Origin: Armatimonadota bacterium
GTDB lineage: Bacteria; Armatimonadota; Fimbriimonadia; Fimbriimonadales; GBS-DC
Assembly: GCA_037444405.1 (NCBI GenBank)
Contig: JBBIML010000016.1
Span: 1 to 64,000, forward strand
Direction: 5' to 3'
DNA: 64,000 bases
Below the pieces are notes generated by a model. It searched no databases. It was not told the DNA's origin and saw only the letters and a list, made by a program, of their open reading frames with translations. Each line of letters begins with the position of its first letter. The stretch's first letter is position 1. Of this stretch, positions 26,844-35,443 are shown one piece after another. A program made the position numbers and the translations under genes.

Positions 26844-28889
26844 ATGGGGGCACGCAATCGAGCCATTCGCGGGGCTGGCGTGGGCTGGATGTGGGCGGTA
26901 TGGGCGGTGGTGCCGCTGCTTGTGCTGCTAATTTATGTGCCGACGGTGGGCTTCGGCTTCGTGTGGGACGACGAGCAGGTGCTGTTCGGCAGGGCGGACT
27001 ATCACGACCCGCGCCGCTGGCTGGAGGCGGTGCGCCAGCCGCTCGATTTCTCGCCGAACTATTTTCGCCCGCTCGCGCTCAGCACCTTGCTGGTGCAAAT
27101 CTGGCTCTGGAAGGCGAACCCTGCGCCGTTCCATGTGGCGAATGGGCTGCTGCATGCGCTGAACACCGCGCTGGTGATGGTGCTGGCATGGCGGCTGTGG
27201 CGGCACGGCTGGGTCACCGCGCTCGCAGGGCTGCTCTACGGGCTGCATCCCGCCCTGACGGAAAGCGTCGCCTTCATCGCCTCGCGCTACGACCTGACGG
27301 TCACTACCTTTCTCCTGCTCGCGTTGATTATCAGCACCAGTGCGAGCCGCTGGCGATGGTTGGGCGTGGGACTGTGCTTTTTGCTGGCGGCGCTGTGCAA
27401 GGAGATGGCAGTCGTGCTGCCCCTGTTGCTGCCCGCGTGGCACCTCGCGCACAGCTATCAGACCCAGCCTGATCTCCACTGGCGCGAGCAGGTTCGACAG
27501 ATTTTTCAGGCGGAAGGACGCACCTATCTGGCGATTCTGATAGCGGGCGTGGTCTATCTAAGCGTGCGCTACGCCGCGCTGGGCTATCTGTATCAGCCGC
27601 CCGTGTCGGAAGCGCGAATGGAGGTCGGCACTCCGCTTCAACATCTGCTGCTGATCGGGCGCACCTTCGCGACGCTGATCGGGCTGGTGGGGTTCCCATT
27701 TTTCAGCATCAGCCCTGCCCATCATTCGGCGTTGCCCGTGCCGCTGAATGACGGGCTGGCATGGCTGCAACTGGGCTTCACAGCTGCCTGTTTAGTCGGG
27801 GCGATGTGGCTGATTCGGCGGGCGCCAGCGGTCGGCTGGTTGCTGATGGCAGGTATCATCAGCCTTCTGCCCGTGCTGAACCTACGCCCGCTGGAGATGG
27901 CGAAGGGCATCTACACGGCGGAGCGGTTCTTGACCTTTCCGCTAACACTGTTTGTGCTGACAGCGTTCCAGGCGGCTCTGTCGGTCGCGTGGGAGCGCCA
28001 ATCCGCGCCGAATCGCCGGGCGACAGCCTGGCTCCAGAAGGGATTGAGCGGGCAGCGGCTGCTAATGCTGGGCGCATCGGTATGGCTCGGCGCATCGCTG
28101 ATAACCGTCGCTCTGAACATGCCGAACTGGAAGGAGAACCTGACGCTGTGGGAGTGGATGACCCGCGCGTCGCCGCGCTCACCGATTGGCTTTTCCAACC
28201 TCGCCGATATGTATAATAAGCTGGGGCGGCATGAGGAGGCGCTCAAAGCGGCGGAGCGAGCAATCCAGCTCGCGCCCGATTCGGGCATGGGATGGGTCAA
28301 CAAGGGCGTCGCACTGCTCAAGCTGGGACATACCCGCGAAGCCGAGCAACACTTTCGCAGGGCAACCGAGATCGAGCCAGCGAATGTGATTGGCTGGAAC
28401 AATCTGGCGATTATGCTGGGCGAGCGGGGCGAGTTCGCAGAGGCGGAGCGCATCGTGCGCCAGCATGTAATCGGTCGCCCTCCGCTGTTTATGGGCTATC
28501 AGGCGCTGGGCATCCTCTATCTCAAGCAGGGTCGCCCCGATAAAGCGGAGCCAGTGCTGAAGCAGGCATCCCAGGCGTTGCCGCTGCCAGGCAGCCTGCC
28601 CGAACAGCTGCTGAAAGATTTGAGCCGTCCGGGCGTGTGGCTGGCAGGTGCGCTGGTCAACATCGAGCGGGGCGAACTGGATGTTGCCGAGCAGCTCTAT
28701 CGGCGTGCCGAGCAGCTGGGGGGCGACCGTGTGGCGCTCGCCTATGTGCGCGGCAGACTGCTGATTGCAAAGGGGCGCTCGCAGGAAGCCGAGCGGCTCG
28801 CCCGCGAGTTGATCGAGTACGGCTGGCAGGACCCCCGCCTGAACGAAATCCTGCGCCTTGCCCGCCAGCAACCCGCCTCCACACGCTGA
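26844..28889 (+). CDS. GT-C glycosyltransferase with C-terminal TPRs (TMTC-like)
   Basis: FVWDD, YFRPL, HP..TESVAFIASR.D, KE and AERF motifs, many TM helices, then TPR repeats. Confidence 0.8.
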   Translation: MGARNRAIRGAGVGWMWAVWAVVPLLVLLIYVPTVGFGFVWDDEQVLFGRADYHDPRRWLEAVRQPLDFSPNYFRPLALSTLLVQIWLWKANPAPFHVANGLLHALNTALVMVLAWRLWRHGWVTALAGLLYGLHPALTESVAFIASRYDLTVTTFLLLALIISTSASRWRWLGVGLCFLLAALCKEMAVVLPLLLPAWHLAHSYQTQPDLHWREQVRQIFQAEGRTYLAILIAGVVYLSVRYAALGYLYQPPVSEARMEVGTPLQHLLLIGRTFATLIGLVGFPFFSISPAHHSALPVPLNDGLAWLQLGFTAACLVGAMWLIRRAPAVGWLLMAGIISLLPVLNLRPLEMAKGIYTAERFLTFPLTLFVLTAFQAALSVAWERQSAPNRRATAWLQKGLSGQRLLMLGASVWLGASLITVALNMPNWKENLTLWEWMTRASPRSPIGFSNLADMYNKLGRHEEALKAAERAIQLAPDSGMGWVNKGVALLKLGHTREAEQHFRRATEIEPANVIGWNNLAIMLGERGEFAEAERIVRQHVIGRPPLFMGYQALGILYLKQGRPDKAEPVLKQASQALPLPGSLPEQLLKDLSRPGVWLAGALVNIERGELDVAEQLYRRAEQLGGDRVALAYVRGRLLIAKGRSQEAERLARELIEYGWQDPRLNEILRLARQQPASTR

Positions 28890-28940
28890 CCCGTTATGCC
28901 TGGGCGGCGACGCCCGGTCCACGCAGGGTATACTGCAAGT

Positions 28941-29975
28941 ATGCCAGAAGAATACACCTATCGGGATGCGGGCGTCGATATCGACGCCATGAACCGCGCC
29001 CTCACCCAGATCAAGGAGAGCGTCCATCGCACCTTCACGCCTGCTGTGCTGACCGAGCTGGGCGCGTTCGCGGGCTGTATGCAACTGCAAACCGAAGGTT
29101 TTGAGCAGCCCGTGCTGGTCGCCAGCATCGATGGCGTGGGCACAAAGGTGCGCGTCGCCCGCATGATGAACAGCTATCGCGTTCTGGGGCACGATGTGGT
29201 GGTGCATGGGGTCAACGACCTGCTGGTGCATGCGGCACGCCCCCTGCTGTTTCTGGACTATCTGGCGATGGCGAAGCTGGAGCCAGAGGTGCTGACGCAG
29301 GTGGTGGAGGGCGCGGCGGAAGCGTGTCAGGCGCACGGCATCGCGCTGATTGGCGGCGAGACCGCCGAAATGCCCGATGTGTATATGCCTGGCGAAATCG
29401 ATGTGGCAGGCTGTATTATCGGCATCGCGGAACGCGCACGCATCCCGACGCCCGCACTGGTGAATGTGGGCGACGCCGTCATCGGCATCGCCTCCAACGG
29501 CTTGCACACCAACGGCTATTCGCTCGCCCGCAAAGTGCTGTTCGAGGCGGCGAACCTGCGCCTGGATGAATATCTGCCTGAAGTGGGTCTGATGCTGGGT
29601 GAGGCGCTGCTATTGCCGCACCGCAGCTACTTCCACGCCGTCTATCCCCTGCTGGAGACAGGCGCGATTCACGGCATGGCGCACATCACAGGCGGCGGAC
29701 TGTACGAAAACATCCCGCGCGTGCTGCCCAGCGACCTGCGGATCGCCATCGACCGACGCAGCTGGGAGGTGCCGCCCCTCTTTCAGCTCATTCAGCAGCT
29801 CGGCAATGTGCCCGACGCCGAGATGTTCCGCGTGTTCAATATGGGCATCGGCTTTGTGCTGATTGTGGCGCGCGAGCGCATCGGCGAGATTCTGGACGCG
29901 CTCCAGCGAGCGGGCGAGACCGCATGGCTCATCGGCGAGGTGCAGCGCGGCCCGCGCGAGGTGCAGATTATCTGA
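28941..29975 (+). CDS. purM: Phosphoribosylformylglycinamidine cyclo-ligase
   Basis: YRDAGVDI, DGVGTK, GGETAEMP, SNGLHTNGYSL, HITGGG, FNMGIG. Confidence 0.97.
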   Translation: MPEEYTYRDAGVDIDAMNRALTQIKESVHRTFTPAVLTELGAFAGCMQLQTEGFEQPVLVASIDGVGTKVRVARMMNSYRVLGHDVVVHGVNDLLVHAARPLLFLDYLAMAKLEPEVLTQVVEGAAEACQAHGIALIGGETAEMPDVYMPGEIDVAGCIIGIAERARIPTPALVNVGDAVIGIASNGLHTNGYSLARKVLFEAANLRLDEYLPEVGLMLGEALLLPHRSYFHAVYPLLETGAIHGMAHITGGGLYENIPRVLPSDLRIAIDRRSWEVPPLFQLIQQLGNVPDAEMFRVFNMGIGFVLIVARERIGEILDALQRAGETAWLIGEVQRGPREVQII

Positions 29976-30114
29976 CGCAGGGGGGAAAGGGCATAAAGTT
30001 TCCGACGCCCACTGCCAAAATAGGCTTATGACAGCAGGCGAGCCAGGACACACCCCACGCTCGCCAGCCAGATAAGGGCGCGGTCACCGCGCCCCTTGGA
30101 GGGGGGTTCACGCT

Positions 30115-31293
30115 ATGGAAGGCTTCGACTGGAGAAAACTGGTGGGGCTCGAATCGGACGAATCGGGCGAACAGCCTGCAGGCGCCACCGATGTGGAACT
30201 GCGCGTCGCAGGCGAAGAGAAACCTATCGACGATGTGATTCTGGACGATCTCTTGCGCGAGTGCGTGGAGCGCGGCGGTTCCGACCTGCACATCACCGTC
30301 GGACTACCGCCCACCATCCGCCTGAACGGGCAGCTAACTCCACTCCCCTATAAACCGCTCACTGCCAGCGACACGCGCCGACTGGTCTACGATGTGCTGA
30401 ACGACCAGCAACTGGAGCAGTTCGAACGCCATCACGAACTCGACTTCGCCTATTCGGTGCATGGCGTCGCCCGATTCCGCTTTAATGTCTACATGCAGCG
30501 GGGCAGTGTCGGCGCCGCCATGCGCGTCATCCCATCCCGAATCCCCTCTATCGAATCGCTGCACCTGCCGACCGTCATCTACGACCTGGTCAAAAAGCAC
30601 AGCGGGCTGATCCTGGTGACGGGACCCACCGGCTCCGGGAAGTCGACCACACTCGCCTGCATGATCGACCTTATCAATCAGACGCGCTCGTGCCACATCA
30701 TGACCATCGAAGACCCGATCGAATATTTGCACACGCACAAGCGGGCGATGGTCAATCAGCGCGAGGTGCACAGCGATACCGAGAGCTTTCATAATGCGCT
30801 ACGCGCGGTGCTGCGCGAAGACCCCGATGTGATCCTGATTGGCGAGATGCGCGACCTGGAGACAATTCAGGCGGCGCTCACCCTCGCCGAGACAGGGCAC
30901 CTCGTGTTCGCAACCCTGCACACCCGAAACGCACCCCAGACCATCGACCGAATCATCGATGTGTTCCCGCCTCATCAGCAGGAGCAGATTCGCGTGCTGC
31001 TGGCGAACACCATCGAGGCGGTCTTCGCGCAGCAGCTGATCCCGATGCTGGGTGGCGGGCGCATCGCCGCGATAGAGGTGATGATTGCCAACGCCGCCAT
31101 CCGCAACCTTATCCGCGAGGGCAAAACGCACCAAATTTACTCCATCATGGAGACCAGCGCGAACCAGGGCATGATCACGATGGATCGCGCCCTTGCCGAC
31201 CTGCACCGCAACGGCTACATCAGCTTCGAGGAGGCAATCAACCGCGCGATGGACAAAGAGAACTTCACCCATCTGCTGAAAATGGCAGGCTAA
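30115..31293 (+). CDS. pilT: Type IV pilus retraction ATPase
   Basis: GPTGSGKSTT, TIEDPIE, LREDPDVILIGEMRD, TGHLVFATLH, AIRNLIRE. Confidence 0.95.
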   Translation: MEGFDWRKLVGLESDESGEQPAGATDVELRVAGEEKPIDDVILDDLLRECVERGGSDLHITVGLPPTIRLNGQLTPLPYKPLTASDTRRLVYDVLNDQQLEQFERHHELDFAYSVHGVARFRFNVYMQRGSVGAAMRVIPSRIPSIESLHLPTVIYDLVKKHSGLILVTGPTGSGKSTTLACMIDLINQTRSCHIMTIEDPIEYLHTHKRAMVNQREVHSDTESFHNALRAVLREDPDVILIGEMRDLETIQAALTLAETGHLVFATLHTRNAPQTIDRIIDVFPPHQQEQIRVLLANTIEAVFAQQLIPMLGGGRIAAIEVMIANAAIRNLIREGKTHQIYSIMETSANQGMITMDRALADLHRNGYISFEEAINRAMDKENFTHLLKMAG

Positions 31294-31305
31294 GGAGGCG
31301 AAGCG

Positions 31306-32517
31306 ATGCCACTCTATTCGTACGAAGCCATCGACTCCAGCGGGCGCACCCTGCGCGGTACCTTAGAGGTCGACAGCGAGCAGCTGCTGATCAGTCGCCT
31401 GCACGAGCAGGGGCTGCATGTGGTGCGCGTCACGCCGCAAAAAGCGCGCGTGGCAGCTTTCAGCGCCATGCGCAAGCCCAAAAAGCCCAAACTGCAGGCG
31501 ATGGTCGTCTTCTCCCGACAGTTCGCCACCATGATCGACGCGGGCATCCCCATCCTGCGCTGCCTCGACATCCTGCACAGCCAGACCCGAGATGCCGCGC
31601 TCAAACACGCACTCGACACCGTGCGGAAAGATGTCAAGGCGGGCATGGCGCTCAACGAGGCACTCGAAAAACACCCTGGCGTCTTCTCCACGCTCTATGT
31701 GAACATGGTGCACGCTGCCGAGGTCGCCGGTATCCTGGATCAGATTCTCGACCGACTGGCGACCTTCCTGGAGAAGGACCTGGAGGTGCGCCAGAAGGTC
31801 AAATCCGCGATGATGTACCCCGTGATGGTGCTGATCTTCTCCTTTCTGGTGCTGATTGCGATTTTTATGTTCGTGCTGCCGAAGTTCAAGGAGATATTCG
31901 ACAGCATGAAGGTGGAGATGCCCGCCACCACGCAGTTTCTGTTTGCGGCGAGCGATTTCCTCGTGAGCTACTGGTGGGCGCTGGCAGGCGCTATCATTGG
32001 TGGTCTGCTGGTGTTGCGTCGCTACATCCGCACGCCCAAAGGACGCTATCAGTACGACTACTTCAAGCTGAAGATGCCGATTTTGGGCGATCTGGTGCTG
32101 AAGTTGGCGGTGGCGCGTTTCGCCCGCACCTTCGGCACGCTGGTCGCCAGTGGCGTGCCGCTGATGCGCACGCTGGAGATTGTCGGCGAGACCTCCGGCA
32201 ACGCGGTGCTGGCTGCCGCCATCGAGGGCACGCGCTCCAGCATCCGCGAGGGTCAGCCGCTCAGCACGCCATTCGCCGCCACCGGGCTGTTCCCGCCGAT
32301 GGTCATCCACATGATGGACATCGGCGAGGAATCGGGTCGCCTCTCCGAGATGATGGTGCGCATCGCCGACTTCTATGAGCAGGAGGTGGACGCCGCCATC
32401 AAGGGGCTGACCTCGATGATCGAACCGATGCTGATTGTGTTTCTGGGCGGCATCGTCGGCTTCATCGCCATCTCCATCATGATGCCGATGTTCAAACTGG
32501 TCAGCGCGATTCAATAA
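31306..32517 (+). CDS. pilC: Type IV pilus / T2SS platform protein PilC (GspF family)
   Basis: FSRQFATMIDAGIP, SAMMYP, GEESGRL, IEP, 3 TM helices. Confidence 0.93.
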   Translation: MPLYSYEAIDSSGRTLRGTLEVDSEQLLISRLHEQGLHVVRVTPQKARVAAFSAMRKPKKPKLQAMVVFSRQFATMIDAGIPILRCLDILHSQTRDAALKHALDTVRKDVKAGMALNEALEKHPGVFSTLYVNMVHAAEVAGILDQILDRLATFLEKDLEVRQKVKSAMMYPVMVLIFSFLVLIAIFMFVLPKFKEIFDSMKVEMPATTQFLFAASDFLVSYWWALAGAIIGGLLVLRRYIRTPKGRYQYDYFKLKMPILGDLVLKLAVARFARTFGTLVASGVPLMRTLEIVGETSGNAVLAAAIEGTRSSIREGQPLSTPFAATGLFPPMVIHMMDIGEESGRLSEMMVRIADFYEQEVDAAIKGLTSMIEPMLIVFLGGIVGFIAISIMMPMFKLVSAIQ

Positions 32518-32520
32518 TCA

Positions 32521-32600
32521 ACCCTCTCCCCCACAGGGGGCGAGGGCGGCTGGAACCCCCTCTCCCGCAGTGTGGGAGAGGGAGCGCGGGGGTGAGGGCA
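32521..32600. repeat. REP-like palindromes, family B
   Basis: ccctctcccccacagggggcgagggc and cccctctcccgcagtgtgggagaggg...gggggtgagggc. Confidence 0.65.
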
Positions 32601-32646
32601 ACCTCATCCGAAACCACGGAGGCTTGTTGGCTCAGGAGGAGCGAAC

Positions 32647-33936
32647 ATGAAGAAGTACGACACAGAAGAGCTGGTGCAGGAATATTGCCGCACGCGCGAC
32701 CTAAATGTGCGCGACATGATCACCATCCAGCTATCAGGTCTGGTCGAGAGCATCGCCCGCAAATTTATCGGCTCTGGCGAACCCATCGAAGACCTGATCC
32801 AGGAGGGCTATCTCGGCTTGCTCAACGCGCTCGATTTGTACGATCCGGGCAAGGGCGTGAAGTTCACCACCTACGCGACGCACCTCATCATCGGACAGAT
32901 CAAACACTACCTGCGCGACAAGGGCAAAATCATCAAGGAACCCGCCTGGCTGCAGGAACTCAACTCCAAAATCAACCGTGTGATTAATGAACTCACAGCT
33001 CAGCTGGGTCAGCCGCCTACCATCCAGCAGATTGCCGACTTTCTGGGCATGACGCCCAAAGCCGTCGAGGAGGTGCTGCTCACCCGTGAGGTGTTCAAGG
33101 TCAGCTCCCTCGATGCGATCGAAGATGATGAAGACGAGGACAGCTACGGCTATGACCTGGAGAAGCTGCCCGTCGAATCGATTCACGGGTTCAACCTGCC
33201 AATAGAGGAGCGCCTCGTGGTGGAGAGCGCGATGCAGCGCCTCAAGCAGATCGAACAGCAGGTTCTGCACCTGTTCTTCAATGAGGGCTACAACCAGACC
33301 GAGATCGCCCATCGGCTGGGCATCTCCTGCAACTATGTGTCGCACATTCTGCGCAACGCGACGCAGAAGCTGCGCCGTATCATCAGCGAAGAGGAGTGGA
33401 TTGACCAGCAGCGGATGCGGGCGCGAGCGGAGGCGCGCGGCGAGTTCGAAGCGCGCATCCTGGACCCGCAAACGGGGATGTATTCCGCGGACTATCTGCA
33501 GGTGCGCCTGCGTGAGGAGCTGCAGCGCTCCGCCCGCTATCAGAACGCCGTCGGGTTCGCCATCTTCGAGTTCGTGTGCGATCGGCAGCTGCTCCACACG
33601 CTGGGCGAACTGGCGATTGGCGAGCTGCTGCTGCAGGCGTCGGCGATTGTGCGGCAGGTGGTGCGCAAAGCGGACATCATCGGGCGCTACGGTCAGGCGA
33701 TGCTGGGCGTGCTGTTGCCCTATGCCGGCGAACACACCCCTGCCGTCGCCGAGCGCGTGTACGAAGCCCTGCAGGAGTGGCTGCAGACCTGCTTCACCGC
33801 GAATCTCGCGGCACGGTTCACCGTGCGCTACGGCTGGGCTTACTACCCGGATGAAGGCAGCGATTGTGAGGCGATTCTGACCCTCGCCGAGCAACGCCTG
33901 AGCATCGACCGCACCCAGCAATCCAACGCCGCATAG
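32647..33936 (+). CDS. SigB/SigF/SigG-type sigma factor fused to a C-terminal degenerate GGDEF domain
   Basis: EDLIQEGYLGLLNALDLYDPGKGVKFTTYA (region 2), SSLD, NQTEIAHRLGISCNYVS (region 4), then DPQTG...LREELQRSARY...RKADIIGRYGQAM. Confidence 0.85.
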   Translation: MKKYDTEELVQEYCRTRDLNVRDMITIQLSGLVESIARKFIGSGEPIEDLIQEGYLGLLNALDLYDPGKGVKFTTYATHLIIGQIKHYLRDKGKIIKEPAWLQELNSKINRVINELTAQLGQPPTIQQIADFLGMTPKAVEEVLLTREVFKVSSLDAIEDDEDEDSYGYDLEKLPVESIHGFNLPIEERLVVESAMQRLKQIEQQVLHLFFNEGYNQTEIAHRLGISCNYVSHILRNATQKLRRIISEEEWIDQQRMRARAEARGEFEARILDPQTGMYSADYLQVRLREELQRSARYQNAVGFAIFEFVCDRQLLHTLGELAIGELLLQASAIVRQVVRKADIIGRYGQAMLGVLLPYAGEHTPAVAERVYEALQEWLQTCFTANLAARFTVRYGWAYYPDEGSDCEAILTLAEQRLSIDRTQQSNAA

Positions 33937-34180
33937 GAGCGCATACCAGCAGGAAATACCCGCCAAATCCCGTATCTTTACAGGGCGACCAGTCGTCCAA
34001 AAGCGTGTATCATGAACAGGATATGGACTGCTGAAGCGCGGCTTCAGCAGTCTAAAAAAGCACCGGCATGGAGGCGAAGGGGTGGACTCGCGGGCACTGA
34101 GGGTGGTGGAAGGGCTGTTGCCCTTCTCTGGCAAAGGAGTGAACCACCGTGCGATGCCGCGCCCAGCGCGCGAGCTGCTT

Positions 34181-35443
34181 ATGCGCACAATCGCTCATCT
34201 CATCAAACCAGCACGGGTCTGGGTCAACCCCGATCACACGGTGGAGACCGCCCTGATCCTGCTGCGTGGACACGGACTGAGCGGGCTGCCAGTGATTGAA
34301 GGCGGCGAGATTCGCGGCATGCTCGAACTGCAGCAGCTGCTCGGCGCCCCGCCCGATCAGCCCGTGAAGACCCTCATGCAGACCGACATCCCCGTACTTT
34401 CACCAGCAACACCGCTCAAAACCGCCGCCGAATGGTTTAACCAGCACCGCCAGACCACCCTGCCCGTAGCGCAGGAAGGGCAACTGATAGGGCTGCTCAC
34501 CGTGTACGACCTCCTGCCCGAAATCGGGCGCAGCCACGACCCGATGACCGGGCTGCCATGGTCCGACTTCCTGCGCGAATGGAGCATCGAACAGCTCGCA
34601 CAGGGACGCGAAATCAGCATTATCTTCTTTGATCTGGATAACTTCGGCATGTTCAACAAGCGGTACGGGCATCTGGTGGGCGATGAGGTGTTGCGTCGGG
34701 TGGCGCAGGTGCTGCAGGCGGAGACCGACCCTGAAACGGAGGTGGTGTGCCGCTGGGGTGGCGACGAGTTCGCGATAGCCACGCTGCGCCGTCGCGAGGA
34801 AGCAGGCTTGCTGGCGCACCATATCAGCCGTCAGATCACCGCCATCGAGTTGCCCGATGTGGACACGCCCATCACCGCCTCCTACGGCTATCAGGGTGGC
34901 AAGCGCACCCGCGAGCGCGAGCAGGTCCACTACGCCGCCACCGTGGACAACCTCATCAATCTCGCCAGCCAGGAGTGCCTGATGATGAAGGCGTCGCAGG
35001 CGCAAGCGCAGGGCGCACAGCTCGCGCTACCGATTCAGGCGGTAGTGGAAACACGCCCACCCGAACGGCGCGTGCGCATCCAGAGCGTCAGCTACGAACG
35101 CGAGGGGCGCCGCGCCCAGGCACGGGTCTACCTGCAAATCGATGGCATGCCGCTCAGCGGCTCCGCCGAAGGCGAGCCGAACCCGCTCCGACTCGTCGCC
35201 GAAGCCACCCTCAACGCCCTGCGAACCCGACTGCCCGCCGCCGTTTCGATCACCCTGCTCTCCATCACGCAGGCAACCGTTGACGAAGGGCGCACCATCA
35301 TTAACGCCGTGCTGCTCTGGGAGTCGGACGAAACGCGCCAGGAGCTGGTGGGCAGCACGCTGGTGCGCGACGATGTGCCGCGCAGCGCCGCCGCCGCTGT
35401 TCTCGACGCGCTCAATCGCCCGCTCGCCCAGCTGCTGGCATAG
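34181..35443 (+). CDS. CBS-CBS-GGDEF diguanylate cyclase with an extra C-terminal domain
   Basis: LPV..G...G CBS pair, DPMTGL, DLDNF..FN..YGH..GD and RWGGDEF. Confidence 0.85.
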   Translation: MRTIAHLIKPARVWVNPDHTVETALILLRGHGLSGLPVIEGGEIRGMLELQQLLGAPPDQPVKTLMQTDIPVLSPATPLKTAAEWFNQHRQTTLPVAQEGQLIGLLTVYDLLPEIGRSHDPMTGLPWSDFLREWSIEQLAQGREISIIFFDLDNFGMFNKRYGHLVGDEVLRRVAQVLQAETDPETEVVCRWGGDEFAIATLRRREEAGLLAHHISRQITAIELPDVDTPITASYGYQGGKRTREREQVHYAATVDNLINLASQECLMMKASQAQAQGAQLALPIQAVVETRPPERRVRIQSVSYEREGRRAQARVYLQIDGMPLSGSAEGEPNPLRLVAEATLNALRTRLPAAVSITLLSITQATVDEGRTIINAVLLWESDETRQELVGSTLVRDDVPRSAAAAVLDALNRPLAQLLA

